Assembly (NCBI GenBank): GCA_963719505.1
Contig: CAVRCF010000001.1
Coordinates: 800,001-864,000 of the forward strand
From: Halobacteriovoraceae bacterium
GTDB taxonomy: Bacteria > Bdellovibrionota > Bacteriovoracia > Bacteriovoracales > Bacteriovoracaceae
DNA length: 64,000 nucleotides
Direction of reading: 5' to 3'
Position 1 is the stretch's first letter. Each line of letters begins with the position of its first letter. Shown here piece by piece: positions 31,329-39,437 of this stretch. A program made the position numbers and the translations under genes. A model generated the notes under the pieces. The model made no database searches and was not told where the DNA came from. It saw nothing but the letters and a program-made list of their open reading frames with translations.

Positions 31329-33220
31329 TAATAAAGAGCAAGACCTAATTGAGTTCTATATTCTTTTGGGTCGTACTCACCACTTGAGATGAGACTCACA
31401 CTTTTATTTATCGAATAATTAAAATTATAGTCGATGATATTAAACTCTCTATGACTTTCAAGGTCCTGATAGTATCCCGCCGCTAGAGTTGCTCTTATGG
31501 CATCAGTAGTAAAGAAGAGTGAGTATTTTCCACCCACCAATGATTCACGAATATAACCTTGTCTTGAAATATGTCTAAAGCGAGAATCAACGGCTAGGTA
31601 GCCCACGAGAGAGTCGAGCACATGGGTGGCGAAACCCAGTCCTAAATCTAGGTAGGGAGAGGTTATTTCTTCATACTCCCTTGAGTTACCAAGGCCCACA
31701 GCAAAGTTCCACGAAAAAGTTTTTTCAAGAAGATTCCAAGGGCGAAGGGCCAAAACGGTTGCAAGTTCAGCTCTGTTGAGATGGGCTTTCTTTGTTTCAA
31801 AAAAATCCAAATCTAGTTTTCCCATTTCAAGACTAAAGGTGGAAAAAACATCTCCAGATCTATCGGTAACCTGATGAAGAGCAGTTCTGTTTTGAATATT
31901 AATTCCTATTCGATCATTATCACTAACGGAAGAGAGATTAACTCTACGGGCCCTGTGACCAAGATCAATCTTCTCTAAAGTGACTTTGTTTTGAAACTCA
32001 GTGGCTTTAAGAGGGATTTGGCTTCTGGCGATAAGGACTTCTCTTTTAAAATCTTGAATAGCGACGGCATCTTCGTCTTTTGAGTTTAATTGAATCGCAC
32101 TGGCGTGCTTATAATCAATAAACTGAGCAATGATATCCAGTGCACGAGCTTTATGTTTTTGATCTAAATTTACTTTATTAAAGTCTTCTAAGCTCTTATC
32201 ACTATAAGCTTTGATAATAGCGCTTTTTTGTTTTGCATCGGTTTGTTCAATAAGTGTGTTGAGTCTTTTTTGAAGAGATGCTCTAAAAGAGATTTCACTT
32301 GTTAGTCCCTTGTTTTCTATAAGCGGGTAGAGAGTATCGACCGGGACGGTAATAAAATAGGACTCTGGCATAAGATCGTACTGAGGAGCGATGGCATCGA
32401 TAAAACGCAGGACATGGTAAGAGCAGTTTTCTGTAAAATAAAAATAATCAAAAAGTGCATTATTCATATCCCAAAGATGAGCCTCGGCAAGTTCAAGCTC
32501 TTTAGCAGAGAGATTTAATTTAAATTCATAGAGATCTCGAGATTCAAAATCATTATATTCTCTAAGTTTTAAAAAGTAGGGAAGCAGGGTGAAACGTCCA
32601 TAGAATCCTCCCATAATGCCACCAATCCCATACATTAGAGGATTTGATGTTGTCACTTGTGCAGAGAAGTCTACTCCGTAGGAGAAGAAATCATTTCCAT
32701 TTTTTGCTTTTGAATTAATTTTTAAAAACGTATGGCCAAACGCCGATGCAGGTTTATTGATATAATATGAAGAAAAGATAACGGCAATGGAGTCGATATC
32801 AATTTTCTTTTTATAGGTCTGATAATCTGAGCACATAGAGAAGTCGGCTTCAAGATTAATAAGACTTTTATTTTTTAAGTAAAGAAATCTTCCCGGAAAC
32901 TGACAGCGAGGATGTTTGTTAACATCTTTAACTGCAGTTAACGGACGGGAGAGAGCAACGATGGAAGCCTTCATTTCAGCTTTGGGAGAATTTTTTCCAT
33001 TTTCAGCAAAGAAGTAAGCGCTTGAATCGACCTCACTTTCATGGCCCAATATTGTTTTCTCGTAGCGCATAAGCTTCAGCCAACCTGGATCAGCTGGATT
33101 TGCTTTTGCACTTTGTGATATAAAGAAGAGTATAAAAAGAGAGAGGCCCAAAGATAGGGCCTCTCCAAACTTAACGTTTCTTATATTTTTAAAATTATAA
33201 AACAGCGTTAATTTTTTCAT
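31325..33220 (-). CDS. DUF4105 (Lnb-like) protein with a C-terminal beta-barrel
   Basis: CQFPGR, PASAFGHTFL, YNDFESRDL and YFYFTENCSY motifs; C-terminal aromatic residue. Confidence 0.8.
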   Translation of the reverse strand: MKKLTLFYNFKNIRNVKFGEALSLGLSLFILFFISQSAKANPADPGWLKLMRYEKTILGHESEVDSSAYFFAENGKNSPKAEMKASIVALSRPLTAVKDVNKHPRCQFPGRFLYLKNKSLINLEADFSMCSDYQTYKKKIDIDSIAVIFSSYYINKPASAFGHTFLKINSKAKNGNDFFSYGVDFSAQVTTSNPLMYGIGGIMGGFYGRFTLLPYFLKLREYNDFESRDLYEFKLNLSAKELELAEAHLWDMNNALFDYFYFTENCSYHVLRFIDAIAPQYDLMPESYFITVPVDTLYPLIENKGLTSEISFRASLQKRLNTLIEQTDAKQKSAIIKAYSDKSLEDFNKVNLDQKHKARALDIIAQFIDYKHASAIQLNSKDEDAVAIQDFKREVLIARSQIPLKATEFQNKVTLEKIDLGHRARRVNLSSVSDNDRIGINIQNRTALHQVTDRSGDVFSTFSLEMGKLDLDFFETKKAHLNRAELATVLALRPWNLLEKTFSWNFAVGLGNSREYEEITSPYLDLGLGFATHVLDSLVGYLAVDSRFRHISRQGYIRESLVGGKYSLFFTTDAIRATLAAGYYQDLESHREFNIIDYNFNYSINKSVSLISSGEYDPKEYRTQLGLALYY

Positions 33221-33614
33221 TAATTACAGATGCGTTATTTCCTTTAGCGAAAATAGTTGCAAAGTTTCTTTTTAAAACTGCTCTGTCAGCAGTTGGCTTG
33301 TTGATTACCATTAGGTAAGCATCAAGAGTTTCCCCATTTCCTCTTGCGATATCGTTAGATAGAGCAACAGTGTTTCCTTCGATAAAAGAAACTGCAGAAA
33401 CTTTAGCTGTTTTTGCATCTTCACATCCTAGAGTACCTGTAGACATACCAAAAGTTTGGTTGGCAGAAGTACCGTTGAAAGTCGCTGCAAGAACGTTCAT
33501 TACTAGTCCATCTTTTCCTTCAAAAAGAATTGAACCAAGACCACAACCAGCAGGTCCGTGTGCTGCGAATGCAGATGTAGACATAATTGCTGTTAATAAT
33601 ACTAATTTTTTCAT
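33195..33614 (-). CDS. DUF3015-family secreted protein
   Basis: Signal peptide; GPAGCGLGS, TFGMSTGTLGC and DIARGNGETL motifs. Confidence 0.85.
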   Translation of the reverse strand: MKKLVLLTAIMSTSAFAAHGPAGCGLGSILFEGKDGLVMNVLAATFNGTSANQTFGMSTGTLGCEDAKTAKVSAVSFIEGNTVALSNDIARGNGETLDAYLMVINKPTADRAVLKRNFATIFAKGNNASVINEKINAVL

Positions 33615-33700
33615 CGTTAACCTCCGTGAAAATTTTGATTAATGAATTTTAACAAAGTTTCTAATATATGAAAGTAGAAAAAAAGAGGTATAATAGGGTC

Positions 33701-34402
33701 ATGACGAATCTCAATAAAAAAGCAATTGTTGTGCACTCAGGCGGAATGGATTCATCAATCTGTCTGTGCCTTGCAATAGAACAGTTTGGCGCTGAAAATG
33801 TCCTCGCTATTTCCTTTAACTACGGTCAGCGTCATTCAAATGAACTCACTCAAGCTCAAAAAATTTGTAAAAATTTTAACGTTGATAGGCTGGTTCTAGA
33901 CATTAATTGTCTATCAAAAATAACGCAAAACTCTCTGACGAATATGAGTATGACCATCAGTGAAAATGAAGATGGCTCTCCCAATACTCTTGTCTCTGGA
34001 CGCAATGGATTGATGGCCAGAATAGCTGCTATCCATGCTAATGAACTGGGGGCCAGTTGTATTTTTATGGGAGTGATAGAAGTGGAAGAGGCGAATTCTG
34101 GTTATAGAGACTGCTCAAGAAAATACATGGATATCGTGCAAGCGGCGCTTCGCATGGATTTTGATAATGATAAGTTTGAGATTAAAACACCTATTGTGTA
34201 TATGACAAAAAAACAGACAATGGAACTCGGTTATCAAATGGGAGTTTTACAATATCTTCTCGATAATACGATTACTTGTTATAACGGCGTCATAGGAGTT
34301 GGTTGTCAAAAATGTCCAGCCTGCAAGCTTCGAAATGATGGAATTCGAGAATTTTTAAAATCTCACGAGGACTTTGTTTTCTCATTCAAAGATGATCTTT
34401 AA
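33701..34402 (+). CDS. queC: 7-cyano-7-deazaguanine synthase
   Basis: SGGMDS, YGQRH, GRN, SGYRDC and TCY..GCxxCxxC motifs; likely start ATG 33701. Confidence 0.93.
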   Translation: MTNLNKKAIVVHSGGMDSSICLCLAIEQFGAENVLAISFNYGQRHSNELTQAQKICKNFNVDRLVLDINCLSKITQNSLTNMSMTISENEDGSPNTLVSGRNGLMARIAAIHANELGASCIFMGVIEVEEANSGYRDCSRKYMDIVQAALRMDFDNDKFEIKTPIVYMTKKQTMELGYQMGVLQYLLDNTITCYNGVIGVGCQKCPACKLRNDGIREFLKSHEDFVFSFKDDL

Positions 34403-34448
34403 TCCTGATTGCAAGAGTCAGGATTAATGACAAAATTTTAATTTCAGC

Positions 34449-34475
34449 TCACTTTAAATTTAAAAAATCCGATAA
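34449..34475 (+). promoter_or_regulatory. Putative sigma28 (FliA) promoter
   Basis: TCAC-N15-TCCGATAA ending 8 nt before ATG 34484. Confidence 0.5.
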
Positions 34476-34483
34476 GTTGGGTA

Positions 34484-36361
34484 ATGAATTTAACTGCTGT
34501 GTTACTATTTCTGATTTCCTTTTCAATATTTGCAAAAGGGCTTCCCGCAAGCTTTGGGGGAAAAACACGTAACGCGTGTGAGATTGCCTTTGTTAAAGTT
34601 CTCAACGGAAAAATTCCAGCTCAAAAATCAGGTTTAGCTTCTCTCAACTATTGGGATGAGAGATTTGATCCAAAAATGGTGATGGATGATGTTCAGGCCC
34701 TCCCAGATAATGAATCAAGGCTTTTATTTTTAAAAGAACTTCAAAAGCTTGTTCATAAAGACCAAACATTCGTGGATAATGTCGCATCCACTGCAAGTCT
34801 TATGGTGGAGCGAAAACTCCTTAACTTATCAGATATTAAAAAAGTCTTTCTTTCTCCAAAATTTAATAATGTTACTTACTTTTACTCAAAATCCACGAAA
34901 ACTCTAACGGGCAAGCTGGATGTTGATACGGATAAGCTAGGTGTCATCAATGAAATTGTGAGTAAAGCAAAGCTTTCAAAAAATCGGGCTAAAGAATATA
35001 CAGACATGATGTTGCAAAGTAATAGAACGATTGAAGATTTCGAGCTAGCACTTGAGCACGGCTTTAAGCTCAGAGACGATATTCGCTCTCAAGAGCAGCT
35101 TAGGCACTATCTGGAGTTTTTAGATAATGCAAAAGCGGCCAGAGTAAAAAATGGTATGAAGCAAATTGAAAAAATTTATGATTTTAATTACTCACAGCGC
35201 TTTTCAGTTATTGATGAGGTGCTGCCTGTTTATAAGAAATTCCTTGGTCAAAAATCTCGTGTTAACTCTTTTGAAAAAAGACGAGTGGCAGAGATTGAAG
35301 AGGGCTTAAAAATGCAGATGAACAAAGAGCATATTAAAGAGCTCGATGATCTTGTTGCAAGAAAGGCGAAAGGGGAAGAAGTAGATCCGGAAAAGGTAGC
35401 TGCTCTTCGTAAAAAAATAAATGATAATGAGTTGCCAAAAAATCTCAAAAAGAGAGCTCTCTCCCAGGCAAAAGGTGAGAAGTCTATCTTTAGAAAACTC
35501 ATGAGTGGATGTGGCTCTGGTGGGGGAAAGCGTCTGGCCGGAGCTAAGAAAAAGTTTATACGTTTTAAATTTGCTGTGGGACTCGTTGGAACACCAATCT
35601 TTTACTACATGAAAAACAAAGATAAAATTGACGTTGATGATTATTGGTATGAAAAACTTGGGTACGAGTGGACGGCAAGCATCGTCTTTAGTTACTTCGG
35701 TGGAAAGCTAGTGACTGGAAACGGAGGCTTTCTCAATAAGTACCTCAAAGGATTTTTTATCTTTCGAGGAATGGATGGGGTAAGTTCACTCTCTTACGAT
35801 ACGCTTTTTGGTAAAAGTAAGCATATTCGAAAATTTATGCAAATCTATCGAGATGATCTGCCTGAAAATGAAATTGAAGCTGAGTTTAATAAGCTTTTAG
35901 AGAGTCCTACATTTGAAAAAGACGTCCGTGGGCTTTTGGCCTACCTCGATAAAAAGACAAAAGAGAGAAATACAAAGTTCTTCATCGATAAATACTTCAA
36001 TACCTCAGCTTATAATTCTCTAGAAAGTGATCGTATCACCCAAGAAGATCTTGAAACCGAAGAGGGTAAAGAGGTGATGATGGAATTATTAGCAGAGAGA
36101 ATGTATATGGAGAGCATGGGGAATTCACCTTACTTCTCTACCGGTAATAGTGGTGGGGATCGGTGGAGCTTCTATGCTGCTCGAGCAACATTTTGGGATC
36201 TAAAAAGTCTGGCTTTCAATCTAGCTTTGTTTCAAATCATGTGTAAAGAGCCCTTTGGAAAAGTGGGGTCTTGGGGTGCTGTCATTGCTCTTTACTTAGG
36301 AGATCAATGGCTTTCAGGTAACTTGACCTACTCATGGCGTAGAGACGCTATAAATCAGTAG
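34484..36361 (+). CDS. Hypothetical secreted/membrane protein (625 aa)
   Basis: Signal peptide; helical charged middle region; several C-terminal hydrophobic helices. Confidence 0.7.
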   Translation: MNLTAVLLFLISFSIFAKGLPASFGGKTRNACEIAFVKVLNGKIPAQKSGLASLNYWDERFDPKMVMDDVQALPDNESRLLFLKELQKLVHKDQTFVDNVASTASLMVERKLLNLSDIKKVFLSPKFNNVTYFYSKSTKTLTGKLDVDTDKLGVINEIVSKAKLSKNRAKEYTDMMLQSNRTIEDFELALEHGFKLRDDIRSQEQLRHYLEFLDNAKAARVKNGMKQIEKIYDFNYSQRFSVIDEVLPVYKKFLGQKSRVNSFEKRRVAEIEEGLKMQMNKEHIKELDDLVARKAKGEEVDPEKVAALRKKINDNELPKNLKKRALSQAKGEKSIFRKLMSGCGSGGGKRLAGAKKKFIRFKFAVGLVGTPIFYYMKNKDKIDVDDYWYEKLGYEWTASIVFSYFGGKLVTGNGGFLNKYLKGFFIFRGMDGVSSLSYDTLFGKSKHIRKFMQIYRDDLPENEIEAEFNKLLESPTFEKDVRGLLAYLDKKTKERNTKFFIDKYFNTSAYNSLESDRITQEDLETEEGKEVMMELLAERMYMESMGNSPYFSTGNSGGDRWSFYAARATFWDLKSLAFNLALFQIMCKEPFGKVGSWGAVIALYLGDQWLSGNLTYSWRRDAINQ

Positions 36362-36470
36362 AAAATCTCACTTTGAATTGAATTTTTGATCTATAATGAT
36401 AAACTTCTATAAATTCGTTTAACTCACTTCACAAGGTAAAGTCTTATTATTATAAGTCTAAAAATAACAT

Positions 36471-37142
36471 ATGAATGATTTTGAAGTTAAATATGTTAAT
36501 GTTAATTTGAAAGCGCCTATTGCTAAGAAATGGCTTGATTTAAACCTCATCCCTGATCCCAAATATCCAGGAACGATTATTTCCAGTATTTACTTTGATA
36601 CAAAAGACTTTAAGTATTTAGATGAAAAAACTGAGAGTGATCATGTTAAATCCAAGTTTCGAATAAGATGGTACGAAACCTTAGACAAAAAAGAACCAAG
36701 TTCAGTTAGTTTTTTAGAATTCAAACATAAAGTTGGTGAAAATCGTTTTAAAAAAAGAATTCAAGTCAGTAATGATTTTTTCTCAAAGCCTCTAGAGTCC
36801 TTAGACTTTTTGAAGAGTTTAGACGAGCTTCGACTCTTTAATGGAAATATCTTGGAGCATATTTATCCTAGTTTTATCGTAAGCTATACTCGATATAGAT
36901 ATATTATCCCTAATACTGATATTCGACTTTGTATTGACTACAATATAAACGTTCCAAAACTGAATTCTCGTTTACTTCCTATGAAAATTAAGAAAAAGTA
37001 TTTATCACAATGTGTATTTGAATTAAAAGGGGAGAGTGCTATTTTGCCATCTGCTTTGCGTAATATTGAACAGCTTGGCTTTGAGAAAAATTCTTTTTCA
37101 AAATACGAGAGATGTTTCGAAGAATTAATAAATAATATTTAG
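36471..37142 (+). CDS. VTC-domain (polyphosphate polymerase-like, CYTH/TTM fold) protein
   Basis: FEVKY, ISSIYFDT, KFRIRWY, FLEFKHK, YTRYRY, RLCID, FELKG and FSKY motifs. Confidence 0.85.
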   Translation: MNDFEVKYVNVNLKAPIAKKWLDLNLIPDPKYPGTIISSIYFDTKDFKYLDEKTESDHVKSKFRIRWYETLDKKEPSSVSFLEFKHKVGENRFKKRIQVSNDFFSKPLESLDFLKSLDELRLFNGNILEHIYPSFIVSYTRYRYIIPNTDIRLCIDYNINVPKLNSRLLPMKIKKKYLSQCVFELKGESAILPSALRNIEQLGFEKNSFSKYERCFEELINNI

Positions 37143-37150
37143 GAGAAAAA

Positions 37151-37846
37151 ATGGAATCATATTTTAATTTAAAAATTTTAAGTAATACAGGTATTCAAAA
37201 AATGGCCGACATCGGTCTTCTACCTTTTTTCTTATTATTACTAGCATCGCTTATTTCTTCCCTTTTTATTTCTCATCTCTATTTAAGGTTCTGTGGAAGT
37301 AAAGGAACAGGATCAACTCTTCATAGAGCTTTTCCACTTCTGGGTGTCGCTATTACGTCCATTTTTGTGAGTCTGCAGTTCTCTGTTCCTCTATCTCTTG
37401 GGCTTTTAGGGGCGCTATCAATTGTAAGGTTTAGAACACCAATTAAGGATCCGGAAGAAGTAGGCTTTATCCTTCTTGTGATTGCTTCAAGTCTAACTTG
37501 TGCAACGTTCAATCTGCCCTTTCTCATTCTTATTTTTGTCGTTTCTATATTGGGACTTATCATTTTAAAGTTTGACAAAAAATATTTCAAGAGGACGAAG
37601 AATACGGGGATGATCATCGTGAATCTTCAATCATTGGCATACAGTAAAAATAGTACACAAGTAATGACAGTTCTCGAGTCTAAAGCACAAAATCTAAAGA
37701 TTGATAGTATTGTAGAAGATGATGAACACACAACTCTATCTTACACTTTTGGAGCGATGGAGAACCATAGTTTTGCCTCTCTTAAAGAAGAACTATATGC
37801 GCTAGATAGTTCCTCAAAGATAAATATCTTTTTTAATAAACAGTGA
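37151..37846 (+). CDS. DUF4956 membrane protein (MgtC-like TM domain plus ACT-like C-terminus)
   Basis: LSLGLLGALSIVRFRTPIKDPEE signature; 4-5 TM helices. Confidence 0.88.
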   Translation: MESYFNLKILSNTGIQKMADIGLLPFFLLLLASLISSLFISHLYLRFCGSKGTGSTLHRAFPLLGVAITSIFVSLQFSVPLSLGLLGALSIVRFRTPIKDPEEVGFILLVIASSLTCATFNLPFLILIFVVSILGLIILKFDKKYFKRTKNTGMIIVNLQSLAYSKNSTQVMTVLESKAQNLKIDSIVEDDEHTTLSYTFGAMENHSFASLKEELYALDSSSKINIFFNKQ

Positions 37847-39228
37847 TCAATTTAAAGACTATTGGCTTTTTCATTCTTATCGTTCTATGTGGACTCATCC
37901 CCAAGATTTTAAATGGGCAAAAGAAGTATAAAAAAGCGCTTGATATTTACTACGCGCAATCTGAAGATGCCCAGTCGGTTTATACAGGTAAAGTCCGTGA
38001 TGTTTTTGATCCTCTGGATGAGGCATACCAAATCTCTTCAAGTCTCAAAAATCTCATTGATGTCAAACGTCCTCTGTTTAGTGAAGATTCATCTGTCTGG
38101 CCTATTATATCTTTGTGGGTAGATCCAAGAGATCTTTACTCGGAAGAGCGAGGGATCATTACTCATGGGTATAAAAAAGGACGCCTTTGGGAGAGAGCAA
38201 GTTTTGTTGACTACTTTAAAGATAATGAAAATGTCTTTAAAACTTTTGCCGGCCTGAGGCAGCATGGAGGTACAAGTCGTAATGAATCTCAAAAGATAAA
38301 AAGTTTTCGCGTGTACTTCAAACAAAAATATGGGGCAAGTGAGTTTATAAATAGTGAAAAAATAAGTTTAAGCTCCAAAGCTAAAATCAAAAGACTTGTT
38401 ATCAAAAGAGATATCTATCTTCATTTTGGAAACTCATTTTCATTTTTCTTTATCAACTCTCTAGGGGGGCTTGCCCCCAAGGTTGAGCTTGTAAAACTTT
38501 ATATCAACGGAGAGTTTTACGCCTATCATATGATGACAGAACATTTAAGTCGTGAACAGTTAAAATTTTACTGGGGACATGAAGATTTTCTTTTCGCAAA
38601 AATTAAAGGAGATCAAGATATCCATTCGCGTATCCTTTATAAAGACCTAAGGTCAAAGCTAGAGACAAGTCGTGATATTAGTTTTGAATATGTCGATAGT
38701 AGAGTTGATATGGACACTGTTATGGCATCTTTACTAGTAATCATGTACACGGGGATGACTGACTGGGCCCAAGGGGTTTATACGAAAGATATAAAAAGAG
38801 ATTCAAAGTGGAAGCTAATCTCATGGGATTTTGACAGAGCTTTTTTTCCTGTGAATGGGGAGAGTGTGAGATCTGGGATGCAGTTTGATTCAGAGATGAA
38901 AAGTGTTGGTCTTGGGATGGATATGAAGAAAGGTCAAATTAGGTGGTCTATTTTTAACCGGCTCATCAAAAAGGATGTACGATTTAGAGAATATTTTTCA
39001 AATCTTGTAGATAATCTTTTTGATAAAATTCTAAAAGGTGACTCATATAAAGCATTTTTGGCAAAAGCTGAAAAGCTAACACTATCTGCAAACGATCCCA
39101 AAATGAATAGCGACCTAAAAAGAATAAAAGATTTTATTAAGTTTAGAAAAAAAACACTTTGTGACGATCTCAAAGTGCGGGTTAATCTTGTACCTAAGAC
39201 ATGTCTTCGAGAGGCTTTGACGAGGTAG
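37843..39228 (+). CDS. CotH-family exported/membrane-anchored kinase
   Basis: N-terminal TM; WERAS, HGGTSR, KSFRVYF, LYINGEFY and KWKLISWDFDRAF motifs. Confidence 0.82.
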   Translation: MINLKTIGFFILIVLCGLIPKILNGQKKYKKALDIYYAQSEDAQSVYTGKVRDVFDPLDEAYQISSSLKNLIDVKRPLFSEDSSVWPIISLWVDPRDLYSEERGIITHGYKKGRLWERASFVDYFKDNENVFKTFAGLRQHGGTSRNESQKIKSFRVYFKQKYGASEFINSEKISLSSKAKIKRLVIKRDIYLHFGNSFSFFFINSLGGLAPKVELVKLYINGEFYAYHMMTEHLSREQLKFYWGHEDFLFAKIKGDQDIHSRILYKDLRSKLETSRDISFEYVDSRVDMDTVMASLLVIMYTGMTDWAQGVYTKDIKRDSKWKLISWDFDRAFFPVNGESVRSGMQFDSEMKSVGLGMDMKKGQIRWSIFNRLIKKDVRFREYFSNLVDNLFDKILKGDSYKAFLAKAEKLTLSANDPKMNSDLKRIKDFIKFRKKTLCDDLKVRVNLVPKTCLREALTR

Positions 39229-39335
39229 ACTTCGGCTAAGTATCTAAAATTATTGCTGTCTAAATAACGACAAGCTATTGTAAAAACTTCAATCCAATTT
39301 ACCAAAATCCAGATCAATGAGACCATAATGGTGTT

Positions 39336-39437
39336 ATGAAAATCGCTATGTCACTTCTTTCATTCACTTACTGGTCAGCTAAATTTACACTTTTAGCATG
39401 GTTTGTTTTAGCAACAATTTCAGCTTTAACGAACTAG
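39336..39437 (+). CDS. Putative small hydrophobic protein (33 aa), below the ORF-track cutoff
   Basis: MKIAMSLLSFTYWSAKFTLLAWFVLATISALTN*; CATAAT 6 nt upstream; stop overlaps the convergent SNF2 stop. Confidence 0.45.
   Translation: MKIAMSLLSFTYWSAKFTLLAWFVLATISALTN

Noticed and set aside
33701-34402. queC as part of a Dpd or Qat anti-phage system
   Set aside because: Canonical length and motifs, with no dpdA, qatABD or other defence neighbours
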